From Antedon mediterranea (lineage: Eukaryota; Animalia; Echinodermata), in the NCBI RefSeq assembly GCF_964355755.1, contig NC_092673.1, positions 62,001 through 126,000 on the forward strand: DNA of 64,000 nucleotides. Direction: 5' to 3'. Each line of letters begins with the position of its first letter. Positions within the stretch are counted from its first letter, which is position 1. Of this stretch, positions 9,959 to 23,300 are shown piece after piece. A program made the position numbers and the translations under genes. Below the pieces are notes generated by a model. That model ran no database searches and was not told where the DNA came from. It saw only the letters and a list, made by a program, of their open reading frames with translations.

Positions 9959-12759
9959 ATGGATATGAAGATTTTTGTCGTAATTTCTCTCTTTCAAGTA
10001 AGGTAAGACCTGCTTAAGTATTTAATCTACAACTACCTAGCTAGGGCCTACCTAGACTACACATAACATTATACTTTATACTTTATACTTAGCTTATTAT
10101 AGGCCAGAGGGAGTTGTTTACAACTCCCTGCTTAGGCCATACACTACAGGGGAATCCCACTACAGAGTATAGTAGCAGAGTAATCCCAGCCAAGCCTAGT
10201 ACTAGTAGTCTCTCTGTATATTGTATAGCCTAGGCCGGCATATTACCGTTTCGACCCACCACCAGACAGTTTCGGCCACAACCGATTTCTATGGCGAGCC
10301 ACATACATTTATTTATTTAGATATAAAGATATTAAAATTTCTTTTTTCTTTTTATTGTTTTAATTTAATGTTGTATCTCATAATATTTAGTTGTCATGGC
10401 GGTTAAAATGTACATGCAACAGCACATTTTTCTTATTAACATGAGCTGCATTGCTTTGAAAAGGCTTGCCGACACCATGCAATAAATGGTGACACTTAAA
10501 TTGGTCGCCAACAAATCAAATTCCCATATTTTGCATATGTATCGTTCTTATTTACTATATGTCTTGTTATCACTTCAGTCACCACCGCTATGTAGCATAT
10601 TCTCAATATGTAAATTTACAAAAAACTGAACATGCAATAGAACCATTAAATAGAACTTTTAATGTGCAGTTAGTAGAACTAAATGGAACTACTACTGAAG
10701 AGCACATGATTGAAATGAAAATTAACCAAAAAATGCCACTGCCTAGTTCTCTCATAAAGATGTTGTTTTCAAAGCCAAAAAAAGGTGAATTGTAATGCAT
10801 CATATAAGACAAGTGCAAGTGTACCCTCTAGTCCTTATCATCAGTACTAGTTATTAATAATTAAATGATGTTCAATAACTTCTAGTGCTGTGGCATCTAA
10901 AAACTGTGTCTGTTATGTTGGCTGGGCTACATCTTCCGGAAGTGTAAGAATCAAACTGAGTTCATGCTCTGCAGAAAACGTGACACCTTCGGCAGCTTAT
11001 ACACAGAAAACAGCTTCAACAGTTTTGCCAGCAACTACGACTGTTAAACTTTCTACACATCATACTACTGAGGAACAAGATGAACCTTCTGCTACCCTAA
11101 CACCAGATGCAACTACTAATGAATACCAACCTGTCCAGACGACTAAACAAGAACTTAGTACTACCAAAACACAATCAACCTCTGCTGCATCAGATTCTGG
11201 AAGGAAAAGCCGGAAGAAACGAGACGATAATCCTACACCACCACCATGTTGTCAGATTTTAATAGCACAAACAGAAGACAAATTATATTTCAATAACTTG
11301 TGGTGGAATGCCACTTTTACCTGCTATGATGGTTCTTCTGATAAGGTACAAATGTATTGTATATTCCCCTCTCCTAGCCAATAATTGCTATATTTTGCTC
11401 TTCAAGTAAGTTTAGGGTAGTAGTGGAGGACAACAATAATAGATCTATTGAAATTGAATCTGTTTTACCAAGTAATTTGGAATTATCTCTCGTACATATT
11501 GACTAATCAGATTACAGAATTCACATACACTAATCAAAATTATTAAATATCCAAATAACCCTACAAACTTGTATGTATTCCAGGTCTGCAATACAATCGG
11601 TTGTAATGACCTCAAGTTTTTACAGTATCATATCAAGTATGACGTTGCTTTACCCAATAATTGTATGAAGCAATATTACAGTAAGTTTTTTAAATGTGAA
11701 TTGCCCTAATATATATTGCACAATTACTTTTGACAACTTTCAATGTTATTATATTGTATTCATTGAGTCACCTATCTAAGTGCACTGCAACCTATAGCCA
11801 TAAATTCTGCACAAGTTCAAAACTCTCCTTGTCCATGTTTCTGGTGGTAGAACAAGTCTACAGCAATTAAATACTACAAATTACCCAGTGTAATTTTTGA
11901 AAAGTCAATATGTTGTTTATTTTAGTTTTCCCTTCAACTAATATAAACCCAGCTTTTTGTTTTTGTGTGACTCAAGGAGCTATGGCATACGTAACCAATG
12001 CTTTCCAAATGTATTGTACTCCTATCCTAAATTTGTTGTAACATAATATTTTACAGTTGACACCTCCAAAAAAGCTGATGGTTTCATGTTTGAAAGCAAT
12101 GGAACAGACAAAGTCATAGCAGCATGCAACAATTTCAGCGAAGATAAATGTTCAAGATTAAGTCTTACCGAAAACCATTGCTCTCAGGTTTGCAAATATT
12201 GTATATAAAAGAAAAAAATATATTATTAGTAATAATTTGTATTGTAATTCTAATGTTAATTCTCTGATGTTTGTTTTAAGGATGGCTGTTGCTGCCCTCT
12301 TGCAATAGGCACATGTACTTCAATGGTTACTACTACTACTACTGTGAACCCATCTGCGGCATCTCAACATCCAAGAAAACCAAAATCACCAAACAAACAA
12401 CAGGTTATTAAATCTAATGATTTGTTTTTTTATTATTAAAATTGATCTAATAAAAGATTTAAATAATACATAATAATTAATATATACTCACATTCTTGTA
12501 TGTAGGTATCTAACTAACTATATAACAATTTTATGCTTTTGTTTGTAATAAGTAAATATTATAATGCCATTTTCCTTAGAGCAAGTCATTTAATTGGAAA
12601 ATTATTGGCTACATCGCAACTGGTATTGCCTGTGGAGTATTCTTAACCATCCTTGTAAGGTTCATTTATGGAAAAAAGAAAAATAGCGGATTAGTAATTC
12701 CCAACTACAAGTACAGCCGTCTGAGTGCAGATTATGTGGCAGATGATGAACAATTTTAA
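9959..12759 (+). CDS. Uncharacterised type I membrane glycoprotein (signal peptide, S/T-rich stalk, furin site, Cys-rich region, TM, YxxL tail); ~7 exons
   Basis: Exons ~9959-10002, 10579-10784, ~10975-11345, 11584-11680, 12056-12187, 12281-12402, 12580-12759; RKSRKKR; TM IIGYIATGIACGVFLTILV; tail NYKYSRLSADYVADDEQF*. Confidence 0.7.
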
Positions 12760-14439
12760 CTGAACCTATTGGGTGTTTTGAAAGGTTTTAAGTTGACTTA
12801 TTCAGGTCTATGTTTTTATTTACCCAGAAAGAAACTGCTATAAGCAAACAGTATACTAAAATGCTGGTAGAGGAATTTTTCTATTTTGTGTCACTGTTAA
12901 AACAGGTTTGAATATTAATAATTATAATTCATAATAGAGTGTCCAAAAAATGAAATGTTTTTTTAGTGGGGTCATGCATCTAATATAGGTTTCTTAGTCA
13001 ATGATAATAATAATTTACTGTAGTAGCTAGATCAACTTTCATATGCACTTTGAGGCCCAGGCAATTGGTTTAGGGTTACAGTAGGTTTATTTAATCACAT
13101 TGTTCGAAAAAAATACATATTTAGTACATATTTATTAACTATGATTACCAGGCCTAATTTAATTTAAACCATTGGGATACCCCACCCCTGTGGTCCAGAT
13201 TAGTGAGAGGGATATATATTTGCTGCATTATCAACTGAAGTTTGTAGAGGTACATAGTTAAACTATAAATGTTATTCTGTATAATACATTCCATTTTCAT
13301 TATTTATAGAAAATTTAAGTTTGGTTTTGCTTTCTTGTGTTTCTTAGTTGTTTCTCCACTCATGTACGGTAGTCGTTTATTGTTCAATCGTTTCTTCGTC
13401 AAAGTCAAATATTACTAGGTTGGCCCAAACTAAATTACAACTTGAAATGAGTGGAAGAAAACAACCAGGAAAGATATAATAATCATTTATTTGAAAGCTA
13501 CACAGTGGCACACTTCTTGAATGAAGGTGCATGCAGAGTAAGTAAAATACGAAAGCCAAACTAAACCTAAATTTTATGCAGATTTGTTTATCCAAAAGAA
13601 ATATTTATTTTTATATGTATATTTGTAGTTTGATCCATTTTATGTCTTTAGGTGATAGTGGGAAGAAGGTCAGTCAATAAAATCACTTACTGACAGTAAT
13701 ATAAAAAATTCCTAAAAAATGAATGTGTGTTTAAATACAGTTTATTTCTATATGAGGTTAGACAAATACAAACACTCCAGTAATTCTTTTAGACTGGTTT
13801 CCTGGTTTTCACATTTTCTCCCAGATTACAAAGATAACTGAATTCTTATGTACTACTGTATATGTATGGTTTTCTGCATTAAAATAAACAAAAAGGCTTA
13901 TACATTGTATATTGTATGTATGCCATTGTATGACCATCTGGGCTGCGGTCATAATTTTCTCCTCTTTTTCAAGGGAAAGGGGATTCCCCACCACTCTTGT
14001 GACGTCACACACTGCACTCCTAACGTCTCGATAATAGATAGAGGGCGAAACTTCATATGTCCGGCCATGTATCTAAGTCAATGGATATTTTTCAAAATTA
14101 ATCAGGTGTGTGGTTTTATTTTTAGGTGGCTCGAAGCGCAAGTATTGAGCTGCCTGCCGTCTGATCTCAATTTGTTCTTTTTTTTTTTTTAAATTAAAAT
14201 ATAAATAACAGAAACAACTTTGCTTTTTCCATTTAATAAAAAAAGTAGTTTTGTATTGCATGGTGTATTGTGAGAAATAAATATTTGAATCGGTAGCGCA
14301 TTGAGGTATTATACCTCCATGGGAGCGCATCCACAAAATTCACGGCCGGGGAGTGGGGTTGGAGAGAGTATCCCATCGAGATAATATAAGTCGACTAACA
14401 TTTCATAGAAAAAAATTTAATGAAATACTATTAAAAAAT

Positions 14440-14835
14440 GATTTTACCAACATGCTAAATTTGTTTAGAAAGGTTTAACAGCAAAACCAAAATCAACCAT
14501 GCGTTTTTACCCAGCAGTCCTATTATTTTCCATTTTGCCGTGTACTAATCATCACCAAGTAATTCAAGTAATGATTACTATAAACTAGTTCTTAATAGAC
14601 TACAATGTCTAATTTAATTAATATATATTTTTTCTACCAGAAACAATTAAACATTGAAATGTTAATTAGTAATAAACTATCATTAGGCCTATTCGTGAAA
14701 ACCCAACCTGTAGATGCCTGGTAGTTGACTGTCTATTATTCGGCAGTAAACTAACATCAAAATAGAATTTAACATATTTTTAGCATGTAGTTGATAACAT
14801 TTTTTATTATGAAAACCCTACCGGTGGTCTAGTGA
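14440..14835. mobile_element. Interspersed repeat, inverted homolog at ~23717-24165
   Basis: catgtagttgataacattttttattatgaaaaccctaccggtggtctag is the reverse complement of ctagaccaccggtagtattttcatgataaaaaatgttatcaactacatg, with further patchy identity. Confidence 0.6.
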
Positions 14836-15150
14836 TTTTATACCTCCTTGCTTAGACAGTCACAAAATGTTATATACATCCCGACGTATGCGGCGCCCTA
14901 TCACATGGAAATATTACTGTATGTTTCATGTAAAACCGCGGATTGCTCATTCGAGATAATTCGATTCTTTGTTTTCTAGAGCCTAGAGGGCGGAAGAGAG
15001 CCAGGAGAGATTACACAAAAGAGAGCAGCGATTAGTAGGCCTATATATTTACAATAATGACGTGTTCATTTATACTATGCAAATCATTCTGCTTTATATT
15101 GTATTAACACTACAGTTGTGTTTCTGTTTGCGTTGTTTATTGTTTCAAGA

Positions 15151-18100
15151 ATGACGTCGTCGTCAGTGGAGGCCGGTACTACTAGGCCTACAGCCTGTCC
15201 GCAAAAAAGCCGAAGTGTGAGGGACTCCTCCAGCCAAGGAGGTCTAGCCACACTTGATAAAGAACTAAAACACCTCTGCTTGGATGATTGTTGTGGGGTC
15301 CATGGGGATAGAAAACAGTCTAGGCCTAGACCTAAGTTTACTTCCACAGATCAATCCAGCGGCGTGACCAGTAGATTTAATAATATTAATAAGGTACTGA
15401 TGACAGAATTGTCTATATTATATGACGAGAAGAAGAGACAAAAACATTCAAGCCAACAAATTAGTACTGTACTCACTGTAATACAATGACAATGTCTGAA
15501 TTACAAATACTGTATTCATATTTCACCTGCTTCCAGGCCTGCCTACCTAAACCTAGTATACAGTTCTCTGTTCTTTTTTTATATAGATAGATAAAAGTCA
15601 TCCGGTATTCAAACAAATTTCTCGTAAAAATGGTGAAATAAACAAACTGAATGCTAGTGAAGTTAAAGCAAAACTTGGTACTTTAAAGCTGAACACTCGG
15701 TAAGTTGTGTAGATCAGTGGGTACCCAGACAAACTTTTCCACCCAAAATAAACTTTTACCCTTTTCTACTGTAACCTTCAATATGGCCCCCTTCAAATTA
15801 ACCTTTTCCTTTAAACTTCCCTTTTAATATTTGTGTGCATTGTCATATATCATTCTAGATTTTTTTGCAAACAAATGCTATTTTTATCTTTCTTTAGAGG
15901 GAGAATTGATATATTAAAGTCTAGACTGAAATCTTACTATAAACAACGACAGCTTGCAGCAGAGTCAGGCTTCCAATCGATGCATCAACAATTTGACTAT
16001 TTACTAGTGATAGACTATGAAGCAACATGCGAAGAACCAGAACCACCAGATTTTGTTCCTGAAATAATTGAGTTTCCTATTGTGTTAATAAACACAAGCA
16101 CTCTTGAAGTTGTAAGTTCAGATTAATCTAGTAGACTTGAACCAATTTTCAAATTAAAAAGTATAAACAAATTAAAAATACTACTGTATTTATCACTCGA
16201 TGAGCAACACTAAATTGTGTAAGAAACGATGTTTCATTCATGTGTATATAATGTTTATGTTTTGTGTAAAAAGGTCTTGCAAAAACAAAACTATTGAACA
16301 ATGTTGCATTAACTCATTGTAAACACTATCCATTTGTATGTAATTGCTTGATGTAGTTCAGGTCTCTCAATAGTGTAGGTGCTAAACAGCAATACCACTT
16401 AATATTGGTAAAGAGATAAAACATTTCAAACGTACAGTATTATTATTATACTGTATTATACATAAGCTGAACAAAAAAATAGGTTGGCTGGTGTCGCTCA
16501 TAAGTGAATATTATTACTACTATCAACATAAAAAAAAGTAACTTTTTTTTCTAAATAACTATAGACTATAGACAATAATAATTTCATTTTTGGTATGTAC
16601 ACTCATAATTATTTTTCAATGATATTTGATTTTTCAGGAAGATGAATTCCAAGCATTTTGTCGTCCTACATTTAATCCAAAATTAACCCAATTTTGTACA
16701 GATCTCACAAGTATTACACAGGTAGGTATGTGGTGGCCTCAGCTCTCCACAACCACCTATCAATTTTGTACATATCTCACAAGTATTACACAGGTAGGTA
16801 TGTGGTGGCCTCAGCTCTCCACAACCACCTATCAATTTTGTACAGATCTCACAAGTATTACACAGGTAGGTATGTGGTGGCTTCAGCTCTCCACAACCAC
16901 CTATCAATTTTGTACAGATCTCACAAGTATTACACAGGTAGGTATGTGGTGGCTTCAGCTCTCCACAACCACCTATCAATTTTGTACAGATCTCACAAGT
17001 ATTACACAGGTAGGTGTGTGGTGGCTTCAGCTCTCCACAACCACCTATCAATTTTGTACAGATCTCACAAGTATTACACAGGTAGGTATGTGGTGGCCTC
17101 AGCTCTCCACAACCACCTATCAATTTTGTACAGATCTCACAAGTATTACACAGGTAGGTATGTGGTGGCTTCAGCTCTCCACAACCACCTATCAATTTTG
17201 TACAGATCTCACAAGTATTACACAGGTAGGTATGTGGTGGCCTCAGCTCTCCACAACCACCTATCAATTTTGTACAGATCTCACAAGTATTACACAGGTA
17301 GGTATGTGGTTGCCTCAGCTCTCCACAACCACCTATCAATTTTGTACAGATCTCACAAGTATTACACAGGTAGGTATGTGGTTGCCTCAGCTCTCCACAA
17401 CCACCTATCAATTTTGTACAGATCTCACAAGTATTACACAGGTAGGTATGTGGTGGCTTCAGCTCTCCACAACCACCTATCAATTTTGTACAGATCTCAC
17501 AAGTATTACACAGGTAGGCATGTGGTGGCTTCAGCTCTCCACAACCACCTATCAATTTTGTACAGATCTCACAAGTATTACACAGGTAGGTATGTGGTTG
17601 CCTCAGCTCTCCACAACCACCTATCATTCACATTATTGTATTTATCATCATCTAACAATCATCAATTAATTGGTATGAATTTTAGAGTATGGTTGATAGT
17701 GCAGAGTTGTTTCCAGATGTATGGAAAAAAGTTTGTAAATGGATGGACTCTAAGGGACTAGGAACCTACTATACATTTGCAGTAGCATGTGATGGGTATG
17801 TAATGCTACATTAAAATGGAAATAATAATAATGGTCAATTTCTAAAGCATAAAAATGCAGGGCACATCTAAGCACTGAACAGAAAATTTAAAAAGCACAA
17901 AAATAATTAATTTTGAAAATGCAAATTAAAAAAGGTTTTATAGTTGAAAAATGTAACATTTATTTGATGTTCTTCTAGTATATTCTTTTTCTGGATATAC
18001 TAATACTAAGCTTGTCCTTGGTATGTAATGAAATTTAATTTACCGTTTTAATGCATCTATACTGTAACAAATTTCTGAATATATATAACCTTTTATGTTT

Positions 18101-18402
18101 TCAGGCCATGGGATATGAATCTGTTTCTGAACGTGCAATGCCATCTCAGTCAAGTTCCATTTCCTAATTTTTGCAGAAAATGGGTGAACATTTGTAAAGC
18201 TATGAGCAATTTTTATCATTTACCTCGAATGAGTCTAAAAAATATGCTGACTGCACATGAACTTACTTTTGAAGGACGCCCTCATAGAGGAATATCGGAT
18301 GCAAGAAATATTGCACGGATTGCTGTCATACTGATGGAAGATGGGTGTATTTTGGATTGTAACGATTCATTTGACACTAATTTCTCACCTAATGCACATT
18401 AA
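15151..18402 (+). CDS. ERI1: 3'-5' exoribonuclease 1 (SAP + DEDDh), 6 coding exons
   Basis: Exons ~15151-15392, 15588-15699, 15899-16111, 16638-16721, 17686-17794, 18105-18402; SAP (LKSRLKSYYK), VIDYEATC, EIIEFP, LTQFCTDLTSITQ, CDGPWDM, FEGRPHRGISDARNIARI. Confidence 0.93.
16689..17626 (+). repeat. 72-bp minisatellite x13 spanning the ERI1 exon 4 end and splice donor
   Basis: Unit caattttgtacagatctcacaagtattacacag|gtaggtatgtggtggcctcagctctccacaaccacctat. Confidence 0.97.
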
Positions 18403-20358
18403 TGAATTAGAAAAATGATCAAAATAACAATGTATATGTGCTAATTAAATACAGTATAACAAAGCTGTGAAAACTCACTTTCATACCTAGACTGAAAATC
18501 TGATTTATCTAACACTTATTTCCGTAATTAAAGTTTGAATATAGCACAACATTTGTTTACAGTCATTAAAAAAAGTACTTTTTTTCTAGGTAATTAATAT
18601 ATTGTTTCAGCAGAGTTTTTATACTGTTTTTGTTGTGATGACAAATAGGGAACTTTCGATTTGCAACGATCTAGGATTAGCATTACGTCATTTGTCTGTC
18701 GTTTGAAGTTTGCTGAAAAATGATTCATGGATTTTATCAAAACAGTTTTTCAATTTTATCATTTGTCTTTTAAGAACATTTTACAGTCAGTAAATTATTT
18801 TCTCATACAACCCTCCGTTTAAAAGTTAGATTTATTAAAATTAACATGGTATCCTGCTCTGAAGACACTTAACTTTTGTTTTTTACGCTTGGCTGGTCAC
18901 AACGTTTTATCATTCATTGGCCAAATCTAATTGAGACATTTGGCATAAAGCAATAATTATAGAAAATCTAGCATAATCCTGAAAAATAAATTTTTGAAGA
19001 ATATTTCCCATGATCTGGCATTTTTTTAAAGAAATCTAGCATAATTTTAACCAAATCTAGCATAATTTTTCGCTTTTGTGGGAGATGATAATGTGGCATA
19101 ATTTTGTGCTGCCACCTAATACCTAGCATACTTTTTTGATTAACTGATTTGCTATCGCTCTGGAGCTGAGGTGCGCACACTACACTATATACAGTATATA
19201 ACTCGTATACAATAATCTTCGGTGGTATAAACTGGTGGTACGTTGTAGCCTACGTCACGTCAACAAAATGGCTTCCGCGTATCCCCCAGCAAGGTTTTGT
19301 GTTGTGTTGTTTTACAGTTAAATCTGTAATTTGGGTCAGTATGTGCCACTTACTTTACATTTGTTTCTTTGATATTAATTGATCTTTTTATGGTATGGTA
19401 AACTACTAGCCTATACAGAGTACTACTACTCTAGGCTACTACCTAGGAAATATAGCCTAGCTAGGCTAGGGTTATCCTCCCATCCCTAGCTAGGAGGCCT
19501 TATTAGTATTTATAATTTAGTAACTATTTTAGTACTAGGCCCTAGGCCTAGTAGAGCAGAGCCTAGAGGCCCCCTCTCCATACTAGAGGCTAGGCCTAGG
19601 CCCCTAATGCCTTTTCTAGACCTAGGATTGTTTGGGCGTTCATTGAAATAATTGACACTACAATAGGTCTAGGCCTAGGACGGTGTGTTTATAAAATACA
19701 AATAAATACTGCATAATAAATAGGCATAGGGCCAGGCTAGTAGTAGTACTGTATATAACATTTAATATATAAAAATTGTATATATTTGATTGGTTAATTA
19801 TGCATCATTGTCATTTGAATTAGTTCTAATGCATGTTCAGCATTTTTTTATAAACATATTTAGAATTGTTGCCATGAGAGGTTGTTTACTGACCCCCTAT
19901 GTTATGTTCGAAAATTACTCTGTAGTGCGTACCCTCCTCTATACTGCGCCTTGTTGAAGATGGATCAGCCAATTTATTAAATTAAAGTTTACTTTAGAAC
20001 TGTATGTGTTATAAAACAATAATAATAATTTACACTGTAAGACATGTATTATGTAATGCAGGGCAGGCACAAACTTGAACCTGATCACATTCAGGATACA
20101 AACGTGGTTTGGTCATCAAAAGTATATACATGGTAGGAAATGACCTTGTAGTGAAATCATTAGGACAATGATTTAAGTATTGTATAAATTAAAATACAGT
20201 TAAATGTATCAAATGTATGCAGTGAATCATACATTCATTCAAGTGCATGTATTGAAATATTGTAATTGATTGATTACACTTTTATTTTTAGGTAATTGTT
20301 GACAAGACATAGACTTACTGCATGTCTTAAAAGTCATCACCGATAAAAAGCATTTGTC

Positions 20359-23300
20359 ATGATGGACATGGAGGACCTCTACATTGGAAGTAGTGTAGAA
20401 GGATCAACCTGCAAAAGGTCACCCCTAATTTCACGTGGAACACACAAGTACAGAACAGCAGATAAAATCGTCATACCAAGTTTTGTAGAAGATATGCACC
20501 AGGTAAGTACAAAAAAGGTCATATTTTGTTTCCTCATTTATTAATTAAATCCATGATTGTGTTCAGAAAATCCCCCAACAATTTAACAAGTTAAACAGAA
20601 AAATAATTTGTTTATATTCTTGTTGTTGGTTTTCATCATCAGTTTTGTTTCCTAATTTAGAAAGTTACATCAGTAATATGCAATTTCAATTATTGGAAAC
20701 TTGATATTTTATTGCATCAATATAATATATCCTGCTTTAGTTTATGACCACTAAGTGTACAGTACATACACTGTTAAAATGTTACAAAACCTTTCTGTGT
20801 AGGAAATCTGGATATAGAATTTGTGTAACATCCTGGTGGTGATAATCACAAATGTATTGTAGCTTAGTAGTACCTTCTTATCTAATATAAATTTACGTAA
20901 GGGCAAAATTCGGTAAATCACGCCTTACTTCTAGAATTTTTACTCGATGGTATATAAAGTTGGTTCGTACTTTCGGTACTGATTTTAACCACCTGATGTA
21001 ACCCTGTTTACTAATTAAATTAAGTTAGATAATTAGTTATTGACGATTAAAACGAATTTAGGTTCAACGATTTGCCCCAAATAGGGGTGTTTTCGATCGT
21101 GGTATACACTGTCTAATGGATGTCCATCTTGAAAAATACCCGCCACAAAAATGCGAGGAGGCTTCGCATTTTCCTATTCTCCTCCTACGATAATTGTTTT
21201 TAATAGCTGAAAACCGGTTGAACAGCTAGAGTACAGCATCATAATGTTGAAGACAGGCCGATTTTCTTTAAAAAATACTATTTTGATACGATTATACAAA
21301 TGTATTGATTTGCGATGAATGGAACATCTCAATCTCTCAGTCTGCCAGAGTTTGGTTTAACACAAGTAGGTAAATTTATGAGCCCTTGGTTTAAAACACA
21401 TACGGTAGGTAAATATATGGGCCCTTTGAGAATAAACTTGCAATACTTTGACAATACTGTAAATACCTATTAACTATTTTTGGTCCTCATTTGAATCGAA
21501 CATTTCTTACTGTGAATGTTCGTACTGTTAGATGTAATAAAAAAATATATACAAATAAACTTTATTACTGAGATTGTGGTTAGGCTTCACTGTTAGTGTT
21601 AGATATATAAACACATTATTATATACAAATAAACTTTATACTGACAGTTCCCTCTCAACTTTTGTATTAATTATTAATTAATAATTACCAATAATATAAA
21701 CGTCGTAGTGGTGTATCGTGACATGTACTTTAATATTTCAATCGATTATGAAAGTGACAGTTTTAACAAAGTATTAAATCGCAAATGTTTTACTGTATTT
21801 AGAGGTGTATTATTTATAGGCCTATAAAACATGAACAAAATATTTCGTTACTGAGTGCATAAAGAATATATTTAATTGTTGCTCTTTGTACTTATCCGCT
21901 TTCCCATCCCTCAAACCTAATGTTACATACAAAACACAAATTGGGTTTCTTTAAATGAGTCCAGATCAAAAATTTGGACTCTTTATGTGATAAGTTTCTC
22001 CTTCGGAAGTAATTCCTAGGGTGCTAATTTTTTTTGAAATCGCCAGTTTTGTTACGCTGAAATTACTGTGTATTCGAGAACCATCTGTGGGCACGACCTA
22101 GATGGTAAGCGAGCGTACCATCTAGTAATAATAATTAATATATTATAAAAGTATCAAAATGTTCAAATGTGACTTACATATTTGTGATTTCTTAGTTGCC
22201 AATTAGTGCACTGCTAATGCTATCCAACTTGTGACTACCTACTGTCATGTGCTTGAAATATTTTATAAGTGATCATTTTGTATCTGTCATTCTGTATCGC
22301 AAGAGTAATTGTAAATTAATTAATTTAATGTTTTTTTTGTACACCTCATTACTTTTATTTCCTTAAATGTCTTAGTAAAATAGTAGGTTTTGCCGCATAC
22401 AGAAGCTTAATAATAATTCTGTTTGCAAATTCATAATATGAAAAATACTATATGGCGACTATAAGCTCGAGTCACATTAGTGGAAAAATCACTGATCCAT
22501 GGCATCTTCTCAACTTGAGACACACCCAAAATGAAGATATATCCCAAAGACATAATATAAAATAATTAATAAAACGTTATTGATTATGAAATCATTGGTT
22601 ATAAATCTCCCACTAAAATTTAACTATTACTGTATTAACATTTAATAACAGTGTATTTTCACTCTTCCTGCTTACTAACAATGCCGTAATCAGATTTCAT
22701 TTATTGAACATTTCCGATAAAGTGAAAATACTTAACACTTTCATTACACACTGTTTGAATTCTTGTTTCTTTAAAATGACCAATCAGCATGTTGGTTCAT
22801 GACAAAGTAAAATTGGGTATTATTTAAAATATTCCCCTCTTCTCAGTGTACTGTATATTATTATTATCTCACTTCCTTGTTTGCTTGCATACATAATTTA
22901 AAAATATTAGTAAATTCAGTTATGTTTTCCTGCATACATTACATAAAATCTTTTTTTTTTATTAATTTGCAGTTAGGACACCCTGTTTCTTTGATAGATC
23001 ATGCTATCATCTGTATGCTTTCCATCAATAAATGTTTTTTTTTTTTTTGTATTTGCTGTTACGAAACCTTGGCTGCCTGGCTGATCTCTGTACCATGTAT
23101 TATCATGTTCTATGTACAGTACAGTATTGTCAAGGCACATTAAATAATCATAGATCATTCAACATAGTAAGAGACTACTGATATAGTGGTAGATGTGTAG
23201 ATTAATAAACTGTTACTGTTGGTGGTATTTTAGGTTTTCCAACTTTCCAACATTTGTTTATAAATTGTTATTTCGGTATAAATATTTTCTTTGTATTCAA

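Noticed and set aside
10784-10975. Apparent frameshift between exons 2 and 3 of the membrane-protein gene
   Set aside because: An alternative acceptor at 10974 (ctctgcag) restores the frame
16689-17626. CRISPR-like array
   Set aside because: No unique spacers, no cas genes, eukaryotic intron context; the same applies to 41181-41452 and 54736-55348
16683-17761. 314-aa minus-strand Cys/His repeat ORF and 355-aa alternative-frame ORF as separate genes
   Set aside because: By-products of a stop-free 72-bp unit; the unit derives from the ERI1 exon/intron junction
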